NCBI GenBank assembly: GCA_030141605.1
Contig: JAQGDQ010000174.1
Location: 248,001-312,000 of the forward strand
Length of the DNA: 64,000 bases
Origin: Tubiluchus corallicola
Taxonomy: Eukaryota; Animalia; Priapulida
Reading direction: 5' to 3'
A model generated the notes under the pieces. The model did no database searches. It had not been told where the DNA came from and saw only the letters and a list, made by a program, of their open reading frames with translations. Below are positions 36,326 to 51,700 of the stretch, in pieces (position 1 is the stretch's first letter; the number at the start of each line of letters is the position of its first letter). A program made the translations under genes and the position numbers.

Positions 36326-39032
36326 TATTTATAATCGAAAAACAAATTTGTTTGATTTTGATACGCGTCTTAGAATCAGAGTTAATAATATATAATACAG
36401 TTGTAGCGCCATAAGTATGTACGAGAAATTACAATTGCTGTAACGTCATGCAGTACACCCGATGGTGGTCGAAATTTGCAAAATTCAAATCAAACAAAAA
36501 CAGAAGTTTGATGCTAATAAAATATAAAATGAGGACCGCGCGAAATCTATGGCATAACGCTATTCTGGTTTATTAGTAATATATAGGTGCATTAGTGACT
36601 ATGAGGATTGTAAGCTTATTGCAGACTATTTATTGCTCAAGGAAAACAGCTTATTTTTAAAACATATTTATTTATTCAAGAAAAATTAACAAGTTCGATT
36701 CATTTTTAAAGCAAACTCGCAATTATTTTATAAACCAACTTTTAAACGTAACTTTCCACAAATATAGTGTCAACAACTGTATAAACGCAAGCACTGACAA
36801 AATAATAAATCAAATAAAATTACGTATAGATAAATATTATGTATTTACAAAATAGAATTCGGAAAATTAACCCTTCTACATGCCTTTCTCATTTCTGCAA
36901 ATAAACAACATGAAAGCTCCAAGAAAATTTCATTTATAATTTTTCAATCTTGTCATTTTTGAGATTAATATTCGATCAGTAATAAAAATCCAACCATCAT
37001 TATTAAGCCAACAAAATGACTCGGCACAGAAGTTTTAAACAAAATTATTTACAAAGGAATAAGCGGTTGTTGATCTAAAGATAAAAAGTTTGTTTGAGTT
37101 ATAAAGGAGTTAACAACAACAATGTCAAATTGAAATCTTTCGTTTTGCATTACTCGCTAAAAACAGGTATTTTCCTGTATATCAGTCAAACGCAAAAATG
37201 TCCATCAGAATTTTAAATAATTTCTTTAAAAAATTCTCAAGATCGCAAGTTAAACCAGAACTTAAACCAAAAAGCCTTCTGCGAACAAAAGCCCAAAATA
37301 TTACATTTTTACTAGCTAATTAGTATTGCCAATGTGGCAAATATCACCAGCAGAAATAGTTAATTTTTACAACTGTGTGTGAAAACTAACAATGTTGTTG
37401 GCCTGCATAGCAGGTACAGGTCTAGATCAAGCAACCTCGTTCACCTTTCATTTTAGACAATATGACCAATTTTTACGATTGGCCTATATTATGCGACTGG
37501 GGCAGAGTAACCACTAAAGTCATGCATATATTATAATTGTGTCTGGCAAAAGTAATAGTTTAAATAACGCTCAAGTTTCAACAGTCTATATCTGCAGCAG
37601 TTCAGTAGAAAGAGCAGGACTGTATTTACAAAATGAGTTGACGTCTAATGAACAAAGGTAGTAAATTAAAAAGACATATTGAGTACAGACAGCAGTTTTC
37701 GTTTTGTGAAATGATCATAATAGCGATCAGTTTTTAGCCTTTTCGTTTGGAGTTGAAAATATTAATCAATTTAGCAAAAAACGGCTGTTACTGTTTTTAT
37801 AGACTTCCGCTACTTTTTATCTAGAGTTTATAGAAAAATTATATTACTTCTTAGTACTCAAATATATAATGATAAATAATAATTAAGTAATTATCATTCA
37901 GGCCATGAAAAACTAGCAGCAGGAGAAGCAAACAAAGACCATATAAAAACACCTGTTTACATTAATAATCCTGCCTGAGTACCTCATCACATGCAAGACT
38001 TAGACATTCTAATAGTTTTAAACAGATCTTAAATCTTTACTGTAACAACTTGTTTTAGTTTTCAAATCTCAAAAACCTTATTTCTAATAAACAAATTATT
38101 GTTGAAAGCTAAACACAGCTAAGCAGTTATAACTGAAAGTTAACTGTTATAAACGGATGAAGTTGGACTTGTAATTTAAGATTTGTATTTCAAAATTAAC
38201 AAGCTTATATAGTAAAATAAAATAGTATAACGCTAAACTAATTATTACATGATCAAGTACATCATCATGTTTACTGAAGTCTAATTACATAATTTTAAAG
38301 TTAAGAACTTGTAAATAAATTATATTTTTGATGCCAAATGGCTAATGCACTAACCATTCAAAGTAAACACCTTCTCAGTAAACCTTAATAAGTGTCATAA
38401 TTAGATTACATGCTATTTTTGCATTTTGTTTTACCAACTCTCTCAGCACCACACATAACTTTGTGCTTTTCTTTGATAAAAATAAGTAGGCCAACATTAT
38501 GAAACCTACTACGCCTATTTTCTTTTCTTGGCTCTATTTTTCTTGTGGGTAAACAGGCCAGAAAAGTAAGAATCATTTTCGTCATCGTCACTGACATAAT
38601 TTATGTCATTACACAGATTTTTTCCATTTTAGAACAGTTTTATTTCTAGCAAAGGATTAAAAAGTTGCCAGAAAAATCAATTCATCACCGAGATTGACAA
38701 ACTCCGTGCTTACTGCCTGGACTAGCGCTATTATAGATCTACATGACATGGCGCAAGAATTATTTTAATGGACCACTACTTTGTGGTCACAGCATTAAGG
38801 GTAAATGCAAATGAAAATAATGTTTATAACAGCCAATCACTGACACTTCAACAAGAGTTTTATATCATTGTAATTAGTAACCCTATACGATATGAGTGAC
38901 GCCTGTCAAATAGGGTACCAAAGCAAAGGGCAGCGTAAGGAGACTCACTTTTTCATGCAATACGCAGGTTATATTTTATTATGCAGAAAATAAAGGAAAC
39001 ACTAAAACAATAGATCACAAAACACGGTAACA

Positions 39033-42000
39033 TCAAGGAGCACCACCTGACCGCCCATATCTACTGGACCTGCGCAGTTTTGAACCGTAAGAAGATAAAT
39101 TTTCGGGTTCGTGGAGTCCACCTCGTCTTTCCCGAGGAGTATATCGTTCTTGATCCTCGTATGGATCATCATAATCGTAATCACGTTCATGTTGTCGTTG
39201 ATAATAAGCAGGCGGTGGTGGTGTACGATTTCGCATGTCCCTAGGATAACCGTCAGGTTCGAGAAGTCTGTCACGATTTTGTTCACGTGGATCATCCACA
39301 TAGCGATACCTGAGATCTGACCCACGTCGATCTGGCATTTGTATATGTCGCTCATCCACGTTAGGATCTAGCCGATCCACGTACGGCATGTCTGGAGAAT
39401 GTGGACGATCACGACGGTCCCGTCCGCTTCCACGTTCTGGTCCGCGTTCCGGAACTCGTCGGTTTTCACGCTCCTCTTCTGTCGCTGCATCCCGATTTTC
39501 TCTGTTTTTGCGGCGGAAGGAAGGAAAGCGCCGAGCAAGGGGTGCTGTTAGAGTGTGTCCCAAACCCGGCGGTGATTGGCGGCGTTTCTCTGAGACTCGC
39601 TTTGGTGGAGGCGACTGCTTTTGTGGCAAAGGCGGATGTGTAGCGACCCAGTATGCATCCAGGTATTCCGCAAGGTGAGCACAAGCTTCCTCTAATTGGT
39701 TCTCATCCAGTATCACATCAAATAATTCCTACACGATAAACACGAATTACTACCAAACATGTTAAAAACGTTGTATTAAAATGCGCTTGGTCCGTAAACT
39801 GGCTGTGGGCATATCTTAAGGTATTAGAGGCAGAGATATACACTTAGTCATAGCTTGTGATACAGTAGTAGATTTTCCAGAATAATAAGTTAATGTTACA
39901 ACAAAATTCCATTTAGTAGTGACAGAGGTCAAGTGTGCACGCAGAAATGTATGTTAGGCCTGTCTTTGGAAATTGTTCCCATTCACTTCTAGACAAATAT
40001 ATTGGGCTGATTCCCATAGGATAAGTTCTATACCCATGTACCTACAGGTGTGCTTATTTATCCGACTTTTGCCAAGATAATTCACCCATGTACAATTTCA
40101 AATTTATGAATAGCCTACAAGCCCAGCAAGCATATACAGGTGCTGAGGGTTTAACATAATGGCAACATTACTACCCGCCCATCTCAGTTTCATTGGCCTT
40201 CATAAAGACCGGACGGGTATTGTGACGCCAACTCATTTCAGTAGAGATGCATTATAACGTTAAATAAGAATACAATTCAATATTATCGTGAATCACCTTT
40301 AAAAATTGTAGTTGTATTGGAAATTGCTAATCATTTAATGCAAATGTAAGCTGGCATGGAGTCTTGAACACCCAACATAAAGATTTTCTATTTCTTCTGT
40401 TTCACGTGTTTTATGTGTGAACCGTGGGAATTCCCATTTTTCTGTGGATTCCTATCTCCTGCCCATAACAACCCATCAGCTTTCCATTCGTGGTTTTCTA
40501 AGGCAGTCAGCAGGCGATTCTCACCTCTGGGCAGCCCATATAGTTGCCTGCCTTGACTAAGACTTTCCAATATCAATTCGAAGGTTATAAAAACTGATTT
40601 CATACGTTTTTTTTCACCCACCTGAGGCACCTGCGAAAGCTTCTCTGCTGCAACTATCTGCATGTTCAAGTGGCGAGTCTGAGATTTACCTCTTGATTTG
40701 ATCAAACGAGTAAGCACCTGCATTTAAATAGTCATTTTTATTAAACTAGCCCGGAATTGACAGCACGGAGTTGCTAACTTATTGAGTTTTTTGCCCAGCT
40801 GCATGGAGATGTTATTAAGAACACCATTTATGAGGAACCTAAGAATACGCAGTAACTCTATTGTGACGTCACAATATTAAGAATTGATAAAATTGATCAC
40901 TAACAAGAACAACGCGGCGAAGCAAACCTTTTTACTGAGTAACTTCGCAAGCTAGTGACTCAAAAAGTTGCATTGAAGTAGGTAATCACTGTAATATTAC
41001 TCTAGCGTAATACGATACGCTTCACAAGCAGTGGTCTACCTTGATACGTTTTCGTAATTTTTTGACAAAGGAAAATAGCTACAGAAGAAAAAAGCATACA
41101 ATGTCGTTATGTGACCACCACTCATGTAAAAGATTTAGCAATGTTTAGGAAAACATGCATTTTGATGCGCGAAATCTTGTAGTATTGCTTTCTTTTATAT
41201 CAAGATTCAAATAAAGACCGTTGGAACTTGAAACAACAATTGATTACTCAATGACTGCTTTAATTAAGCAAATGCATATTGTATCTAACAAGGTACCACA
41301 TGTTAGACTCAAAAAGCTGAACACGCATATAGCATACCTTTTGTGAAGCAACCTTTAAATATACAATAATAGGGGCAAGAGACGTTTTGGCAAGCTGAGA
41401 AGGGTGGTTGACAGTGTCGCAGTCCAATACTACAAGTTGCAATGATCGAGCCAGCTCGAAAATCCTTTCTATTTCCGACTGCACTTCCGCTAGAGAAAAA
41501 ATGTACAGGATTTTCATTTGTATTTGGAAACTGAATGCCCTGCATTCCATGCGTTTGTAAATTTGTGAAAATGCAATTCGTAAAAAAACGTCTAAGCATT
41601 TATAGTGTTTATGGTTACAGGAACACAGGAATGTCATCAATATCATCATCATCATCATCATCATTATCATCATCATCATCATCATCATCGTCGTCGTCGT
41701 CGATGTCGTCGTCGTCGATGTCGTCATCATCATCTTTATCACATCATCAGTATCACCATCATCACAACATTCAGTGAATGTAAAGTACTTGGTGTCAGTG
41801 TTCACTTCAATAACAATTACGACTCCAACAACAACAATGCAAACTACAGAAATTTTAACAACAACCACAGCAGTAGTAGCAGCTATTGAAAAGACGAGCA
41901 CAAGAATATTCACTTTAATTATTTTATTACCTCAGCTAATGGTTACGTGTATGCAAATGAATATCGTTCTCACTTAATCTCACGATTAAAACGTTATATA

Positions 42001-45000
42001 AGACTATTAAAACTTCTATGTAGAAATATTAGTAGTGCAAACTGCGTTGCAGGTAAACGGGTTGTAAACGAGTAACGTAATTGAGAAAACTCACCTATTG
42101 TTGACGATCTGCTATTAGATCGGTCGATTATAGCACGTTTGGTTGGATTATTTAAAAGCGAACGTTTTGCAAGGGAAATGTCAGCAGTGACTCTTGTAAT
42201 TGTTATTCTGAAAAAAACAAACGAATATAATTTTGCATCAGCTTTATCCTTGATTGCATTTTTATATTTTTATTATTTATTTTAAATTTATTTCATACAT
42301 TTAAAAGTACACGGCATGAAATAACAAAACACTCAGGTATACTATAAAATTTCGACAGAAACTAATAAAATTTTTACGTATACGTATATATATGCATATG
42401 CACCAAGACACAAAACATAAAAACATAAGACAGATCACTAAAACATACAATATACAGAGGCATAAAACTCAATAGAAGTCACATTTAAATTGGTAAAATA
42501 TGTTGATTTCATAATGCAAAACATAGTTTGTACCAATTCGTCCACATAATTGTATTGTGATATGCAGAGCAAACATACAATTCATCAATTATATTATTAG
42601 GTATTTCTGCCAGTCCATATATAATGGACCCTGTTATCTTTCGTGCAATAATACCATAGTTACAAATATTAAAATTTACAAATTTTCACTTATGCTGCAT
42701 CTTCCTAGAATGTTAAAGAGCTTACGAAATGCATTGTTGTGACCTTTAAAAAGCCACCTTCAAACAGTGAAGTTATATTGGAAAAGTTGCACCACAGGCA
42801 CTTGCGTAAAATTGACACGCATAAGATAAGATAAGACAAAACATTTATTTCACGTCAATTTTAAAAACATATAACTACAAGCGCAAGAGCTTATGTCACT
42901 AACGAGTCACTACGCATACAATTTGACCATCATTATTTCGTATTTACATAACATTTAGGTAACTTAACTAATAAAGTATTTGCCCTTACATAAAGACCTT
43001 TTGACTGCACTTTCATAGCCTAGTCATTACTAGTGAATTCATAACTTAAATAATCATAAGAATTACAATATTTAAGAGGGGAATCATTAAGCCAAAATAT
43101 GGGCCAAATCCTGGGTTTGCAAAACTTACCATTTTGCAAAATGCAGCAGAGCGAATTTTCACGTTGGCGTAATGCTATTGTAGTTGGTAACATATATACG
43201 AAAGTTTGTCGCCACATTATCCGTCACAAAAATAAACGCGAATCGTAACAAGACACTTACTTTCCTTCAAATTTATGTTTCAGGAAATCAAATAGAGCTT
43301 TCTGCATCATATCCGTTACTTCGTATCCCTTTAACGACGGTCCAATCAGAATAACTGGACGCATGGAAGGCACTACGTCATATGGATTTATCGTTTCCAC
43401 CTGCAGAGAAAACACTCGTTTTTACTGCAAAGTGACACTACTTACCTCTAAGGATTTTTTAAAATTTACAACGTAAATCTTGTTGATCAAAAGATTAAAT
43501 GGCATAGTGAAATAACGCACAACGCATAATGTATAATCAAGTAAATTCTATCAAATAAATGCTCTGCACGGTTGACAAACTACAGAAAACGTGCAATTGT
43601 AAAATTTAATTTAATTAACTTAGAATACGTGTGACAATGTACCATGTTAACACGAGTATCTCAAACAACGTAAGCCTTGCCCTTTACCTTCAGTACATCA
43701 CACAGCTAGAACATTAATTATACGGGGAAAACTTATTTATAAATTAATACAGTTTTTTGCGACACAATGTAGCAAACAAAACGAAGATTTTGTTTGGCGG
43801 TTGAATTATCCATGATTAAGCAAAACATGTTCAGTTAAGAATAAAAATAAACCTTTTTAAAGAATCCCTTCTTCTCTTTCGATGGAGTAATGCCCCCTCT
43901 TGAGGACTTTCCAAAGCTGTCGCTATCGTCTTCTAGACCATTTTGTTCTAAAAAAAGATTAACTCTGTATCTTAAAGGACAAGAAAAGGGGTACTTGAGG
44001 TGGTACCTGAGGGGTACCTTTAGAAAAAGTAACTTTATAGTAATTTTATGCGTATATCGTACTCGCGTTAAAAGGAATTTTTATTTGTTTTCATTTTTAA
44101 TCTCTGGCAACACTGTTCCGAAGTGGCCATTACATGACGTCACTTACGCAAACGTAAATCAGGAAAAGAAGAGGCAATGTTAAATTATATCCCTAAAAAT
44201 TTTTCATGCAAATCTATATTACTTAGCATTTCGCTGCCCTGCTGGAAAGACTTATGTAACTAGAAATAATAATTTAATATGTTGGTGCCAAGTGATAAAA
44301 TGTCGCTGGCTCTCCCACCTGGGTGCTCCCACTCACTAACCAAAACGTATTTTTAATCTCACTGACAACATACAGTAATTTAAAATTTGACTCAGTTAGT
44401 AACATGTGCGCTGCGAATGCTCTGATTATTTTTTTCAAACTTCACACAATGTTACCTAAACATGTTTACATGTTTTATACAGCGTTACTGCTTACGCAAG
44501 CTCTGTGTGCAAGAAGGTAGTATGTAAGTGGTATAAAATTTCAAGACGAATATTTTAAGCTTCATGTAAGTGGCGGGTTTTCTTGTGCTTTAACAAAAAA
44601 TAGGCAGCACATTACAAAGTGAAGCTTGTTTGTGTGTTCTCAGAGTTCTTACAGAGATGTGCAATTCGGGGCATATAGTGACGTAATAACAGGTAACAAT
44701 TTTTTTCTGAATGTGTTATGGCAACTCGACCATACTGCGTATGCATTGCATGCCTAGGCACCAAGCTACCTACTAACTACAAGCCTGCCATCCATAATGC
44801 CCGTATAATTTTCTGTTTAAGTACGTTTATATTGAGCCAAGTTTGTACTTTAGTTATAACACGACTAAGTAGACTGCACTAAAGAACGTTTCACACATAT
44901 TCAGACACACCTATTTGGAATTTACTAGCACGTTAAAATCATCAAGTATAAGAAAATGATCCATAGAAACGGCTGCCAATGTGACAGCAATGCCCAAGTT

Positions 45001-45686
45001 ACTGCAGAAACACCAGCAGCTAAATAACGTGGTTGACAAAACATTCCAAGCAAGATATATATTTTGAAAAATATGCATTTCAAGTAAAACCCAATACAAT
45101 TAATACGCCTTTTTAATAGTCTCTTTCGTTCTTTCAGAATTAAGAACCTGAGAAATTTCACTCTGTCAAATGCCTGACTTGCATTTTAATTAACAGCAAA
45201 AAGTATTTGGTTCAAATGGTATAACTTACAGTGCTTTATAAGTAAGCGTACAAAGCAGTTGACTTATTCTGCTTAAATCCAAACTGAAGTTCTATGGGTT
45301 AAAGTAGACCAGGATATTTTATTAAATTAATCCAGGTCTATGGTTTATGCATTGATGATACTAATGCAGTACCCCTTATAGTTTGCGCTACTATCTGACA
45401 AGTTACTATTTGTATCTTTGGTGATATTATCACTGCTCAAACGTTTTACTGGGGCCTTGTTTTATTATTATTATTCTAAAACACTGTTTAATCGTCCTAA
45501 TACTTCATTTGATATGTTACGTTTTTACGTTTTACGTTTTTTTCATTTCTTTTTTTATTATTCCTTTCTCTTCTTCTGTGTTTGGTTCCCTCCGCTTTTT
45601 GCTTCCTCTCTTTCTCATTTTCTCTTACACATCTTTTTTTCTTCTGTTTCTTAACAGATATAAATAATGTGTATATAACACGTACA

Positions 45687-45760
<74 letters not shown>

Positions 45761-48700
45761 TAAAAACTTACCTGGAGTGGGAGGCGTTGAACTTCGAGAG
45801 GTGTTGGGTTTCGAAGGGGACAGAATGTCATTAGTAAGAGAACCAAGATTCGAGGCTGATGTTGGCTTCCTATAATACAATAGAAATTACTGAATTTTAA
45901 ACCACAATATGGAAACATATCTTGGCAATACATACGTTGTGCAGTTTTTTGTATGGCAACAGGACAAATATTTGCGTAAACGATAACAAATGACGCCATT
46001 ACTATTTGACGTAGGCTTATCATTTCATAAATAAAAACATAATTTATAAGCAAGGAGGCTGGGTGCTCTTTATGATCAGCGCAAGTCTAGACAGTAAATG
46101 GAATGGTGACCATCTGGAGAAGTATTACAGAGCGCTTTCATACGCCATGCTGTCCCAACTGTTTAACGCATTGAAAAAGGGCGAACATAGTGACTCATAT
46201 ATGTGACTAAGGCACTTCATTATCTCATCTTAGATAATTATCATTAATAATTTTACATCGGGCTTGACAACTATTACATTAAGTAGATTAGTGGTTACTG
46301 CTGAATTCCGACTTTCAAAGAAGTAAACAGTACAAAAAAGAAAAATTATTCCCTAGATTCGCTTTGTAGTTCGGTACATTTTTAGGCTTGCATGTTATTT
46401 AGAGACTTGAGGTGTATTAGTGTCTTTCATATTAGTGTCTGTAATGAAAGTACGCATGAACGTACGTCGTGTATAAACTCTTTCCTTTGTTTGGTTGAGC
46501 CTGCATCCGAAGGTTCTCCAGTTTGGCTGGACTGGGTATGAAACCGACATCGCATCCTTCCTTCACTAATCTGCCTATCCACCACTCATTATTGTACTTC
46601 TACAAACAGAAAATAACAAAAATGAAACGTATGTTATGTACTGAAAACAAGTTTTGTGTTAGAAACACAACTTTAAAGTTTATTTGGTTTTTATGTAAAA
46701 ACTGTTAAAGCATTAGCATAATAATAGCAAATGAAGCCACACTAAACTGCTGGGTTGATCACAATGCAAAGTTTTTACCGAAATAATGCATGAAATTAAC
46801 ATTCTCTATTGAAGCAATACGTTCATTAAAATGAAAAGAAATCTAGCATAATGTACTGACGCGATATGTATGCTTAATATATTGAAAAAACAAAATTAAA
46901 AAAGGAAGAAACAAGCAAAAAAGAAAAAAAGAAAAGAGAAAAAAGAAGAAAATAAGAAACAGAAGAAAAAAAGATGTGTAAGAGAAAATGAGAAAGAGAG
47001 GAAGCAAAAAGCGAAGGGAACCAAACACAGAAGAAGAGAAAGGAATAATAAAAAAAGAAATGAAAAAACGTAAAAATAACGAATAATTGACAAGAATAAC
47101 ACGTGCACAGGGCCTATTTCAGCCTAAGAGAGGCCCGGGGAAGTGGGGCGTGTGAGGCCCCCTATGGGGAGGGGGGCGAAGCACCAGAAAATTTTTGAAC
47201 TGCTAGAACGCCGGAGAAGCATTTTCGAAAAATATGCGTGCGAAAATGACCAAATGAAATACTTCAACAGGTGACCAAATCTTATTTGCTTCAGAAATTC
47301 TCATAATGCCTGTATTACGTCTCTAATTATTAACCTAATTATAACTGCATCGGGGAGGCTGGGCCTCTACGTTATAATTACGCAATCTTGCATCAACTTG
47401 ATCCGGCGTAATTAAACGCCTGTTTAACGCCGCTGAAACATAAAAGCTGTTTACGATGCTGATGTTCAGCGTTTGCTTTTTAACGACATCATTTAATTCT
47501 TACCTCCTTTATGTGCAAGAAGTCTTTTACGGAGAAAGATACAGCATATCCGTGCACCGGGGAGTCGTCATCGAGAGTTCCATCAAAACTAACGTTTGTT
47601 CGAACTGCAAACGCCACGGGCTTGTACTAAATGAAGAGAAAAGAGATTCAGACGATCATAAATGATACATCTTTTGCTTGCGGCGTCTCATGTGCATTGG
47701 ATTTTAAATGACTTTTGGGACTGCGAAAGATCTCGCATAAATGAAATATATATTAACTAAATACTAAATGTCAGTGTAGGGGATTCGTGGTGAAAAACAT
47801 GTTTAAGCAAAAAATATCATTTTTATAAAACAACTTTTCGAAGTGAGAATTTAATTGAGAGGTCAACCAATGATGACGTTGAAGATTTCAACACGTTGTA
47901 ACGAATAGCTCGGCAATATAAGGAGATTCTTGTTACTTAAGAAATAAAAATATAGTACACGATATGGCGCTAATGGATAGCAGCAGTAAGCCATAGCAAA
48001 GAAATCAAACCGTCTAAAAATTCTCAAACAGCAACGTTCAACTAATATGGTTTTAATATATTCGCGAAATCTATCTTCATAATCCGCTTACACGGCACTA
48101 GGGATACTGTGCAGTGATGATAGCTGCCATGACTGTGATGGCCTAGTTTCATTGAAAGGGAATGTCTAACTTGCAGAGGCATTGGAAATGTTTTGAACTA
48201 GAGCAAAAAATCGAAAACGGGCCGCCACATTATGTACATCTGTTTTTTGTTCTACAATTGTTCTTCCGTTGCATTTTGGTATATAATTCTTTAAATAAAA
48301 ATTTGTGAGAAAGTGAGTTGAATTACATCAATTGACCCGAAGTCAAATTACAAGTTTACACGAAGAACTCACTATAAGTTTACGAAAGGCAAGTGTTTAA
48401 TTATAGTTTAATTTTTTAGAAAGGTAATCAGAAGTAACGTCATGTTAATAAAGCTGAAGAGTTTCATATAACACGCCATGGTGATGAATCGTGGCAAAGA
48501 TGCAAGTATCTCGGTAGTCTGCTGGCAACAGAGGACGACATATTAAGACGGAAGATAATGGCATTATCAGCTTACTCAAAACTTACAAACGTTTTGAGAA
48601 TAGAAAGATATCTTTGGAAACGAAAATTAGAGTATTCTCAGCCTTAGTTGAAACTGTATTTCTGCATAACTCTGAGCTCTGGACATTAAAAGCAAATCAT

Positions 48701-51700
48701 AAAGCTGAAATCGATGCATTTCAAAGGCGAAATTACAGAAACATTTTGGGTATTAGATGGCCAAAGAAAATTTCAAACAAAGATCTATATGAAAAAATAA
48801 AGGAAGACCCTTGGACAAGAAAAATAAAAAGACGCCGTTTAAGATGGACTGGGCATATGCTTAGACTACCTGATGATGTTCCAGTGAAGATAGCTCTTCA
48901 ACAAGCCATAGAACCAGCTAAAAAACCTGCAGGAGGACAAATGTTAACATACTTAGATTTTGCACAGAAAGATTTAAACACTTCAGCATTGATTCTTAGA
49001 AATAAATCCACTTGGGGCATTGTAGCGTGTAGGGAGTCCTGGCATAGAGAGGTGAGCAGAATCATGTCCCTGGACGAGTGATTCATTGAAGAAGAAAGAA
49101 AAGAAGAAGAAAAGAAGTCATGCAAAATAGGAAGTAAAACAGCCTTAAATTCAACACAAAAATGCCTGGAGGCAATTATAAAGCATAGATCTGCTGGCTA
49201 AACATTCAAAGTCATTTGGAGAAATCAAAAAGCAAAGAACTAAAAAATTCACAATATAAATTTGGACAATTTCCTTTAGTAATCAGGCTCTGATTTTAAC
49301 GGCAACCTACGTTTGTAATTTGAACTTTTTCACAGATGAAAGCTATTAGTAGCTGCAAAACGCAACACTTGAAACAGTCCTTATAGCCTTAATCTTGGCT
49401 AGGGAGTGGAGTAATGTGGGCGAATACGAGCAACAAGCAAAACTACTTGATGCTCACAAGGAAACGCAAGAGCCTGGGATCCCTGGAAAACTAGATTCCT
49501 GTAAATTTCTGGAATTATCAATTTTGTAACCATATGAAGCCTAATTTGAATCCGAATGCCTCCAGTGTGTTATTATCATGCATCACCAAGCTGACGGGGT
49601 CATTCTCTGTAGTCATCAAGCTGAAATTCGAAGAAAAACAAAACACGCAGTAAATTTTCTTAAACATTTTATTTTGAAAATTGTAACTCTTATCTTTTAG
49701 ACGGCTTGGGATTTTGATTATGGTTGTCATACGCGCATTATGCTTTAGTAGTTGTACATGAAGTTTCTGCTTAATACTCGTGTATGAAAGTGCAGGAATC
49801 AGAGCCTCTTTTAACATGTTGGGTGGGTACCAAGTTTGGGTACACAGTGGCGGAATCTTGGTACCCAGTGATGCCTAAATCTGATCGCTAGGTGCCGAGA
49901 TACATTGTTTCCACGAAAAATAAATTTTGCGCCTTTCATTGGCATGTACAACTAGTGATACTGGCCTGGCCTTGTAGGAAACGCAAGGAGTTTATGTTTG
50001 CTCCAGCGTTGACGAACTGTAGGTTCCTAGTGGTTTGCTGGTCTGACGTCTAGTGTGATGAACGTGGGCGGTACATGAATGGCTAGCGACATGCACAATC
50101 GGTACACGTAATGTGAGGACTCATTAGATGACCATAGCGCTCAGAATAGGCCAGAAATAGCCGTTTCTGAAGGAAAAATTAAAAAATTTTCCGAACCTCT
50201 CGTCAAACTGAGGGGAAAGAACCCCCCAGAACCCCTCCGTGATATCCAGTAATCGTCGCTTAAAAGAGGCTCTGGCAGGAATAATACAGATTATTTATTG
50301 TGCTTTTTGTTAGGTTACTGCATATACAAATGTATGTTCTTTTTCTAGTACAGAGGTAATAAAAAATAAACACGCGCAAAAATTAATTAACCAAATGATA
50401 GAAGAATTATAGTGTTACTGATCTGTTAATTGTCAAACGCACTACGCAGGATGATGAGGAGAAGTGATAACTGGTTTCAAACTACATGTATATTATATAT
50501 AAAATTTCCAATTTGCTGCGCGTAAGAAAGTTTACAGAACAAAAATAATATAGTTTATCATTAACAAAGTAATCGAGTTCTGTGGCGTCATTTATAATAC
50601 CCCTCAGTTCATCACGGCTAAAACTTATGGTTCATGACTGCATATTTAGTTTTTTCATCCTTCCAAATGCATGCCTTGTGTAGAGCTCTGCATTAATTCT
50701 ATATTCAACTATATTAGGTTGAACTTTATATTGAATCATGGTATTAGTATAATAACAGGCATGTAACTATTCATTGCGAATTTCGAATTTTCAATCGTTT
50801 ATGCTTGCCTGTTGGCCGATGTAAACGGAGGGTTCAAACCGAGCTGCATGATTTTCTCGTTCTAACGAGGCAGACGTTTGCAAGTAATTTTAAAGAATTA
50901 CAGAGAAAAGTTCGTTCCCTATACTTTTTCAATTTTCTCTAATCAGTGAGTTGAAATATTTCGCAAAAATTATACAACTTGAGTAGTCAGCCTCTATTAT
51001 TTAATAAATAGCCTACACTAAAGGTATATTCATTAACTACGAGAAGTAGCTGAATCAGTAACGTTTGATGGCGCTCATGGCATTTACTGTGTTGCTCGAT
51101 CCAACTTGGATGTTGTTATTATTAACATTATTTATTTCCAACACGCGCATAAACACTTTAATTAAAAGTAAAAAAGATAACGACGAAATAAATAATTAAT
51201 AAAGTGCAACTGTCCTTCCCACGAACCTGCTACTTCATTGCTACTAGTGCAACACTGGGCTTTACAACAAAAACTGCCAATGACGAAACAAAGTCAGCAA
51301 CGGTTTGCACAGAAAAGTGAAAAGTAAACTCATTTTCTACAGGCTAATTAGGGTTAATTACAGCTTAATTATATGAGGCTGTAATACTCACGCTTTATTT
51401 GATCAATTGGTGGCAGGTTAAAATAAGTCAGCGCAATACATGGCAAAGCTGTGCACAGCTCGATAATATTGATCCATAAGAAACCTGTTAACAAGCTAAC
51501 CTAGATTCAGCAGTAAATCTGCATCAGCGGTCATAGCCGTATTAATTAGCGTTCAATATCAAAGGATTTTCCTAATAAGGCTCAAGTTCACTATAACTCT
51601 CACTTGGAGTGTTTATTACTTCAAAATATCCATATTCGTCATTTGATATTGACTGCAGACATTTTAGAAATGATATTGTCTGAATAGAATAGTAAGCTTA

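Noticed and set aside
39002-39684. Several overlapping ORFs on both strands
   Set aside because: Shadow frames of the GC-rich terminal calcium channel beta exon.
41260-41977. 217-aa ORF with hydrophobic and poly-Met N-terminus
   Set aside because: Only 41338-41489 is a true exon; the rest is intron and (CAT)n repeat.
43698-45019. Possible HOOK-region microexons (18 nt near 43698-43715, 17 nt near 45003-45019)
   Set aside because: Phase-compatible but with weak splice signals and no similarity to the known short AKQKQK-type exon; unsupported without RNA data.
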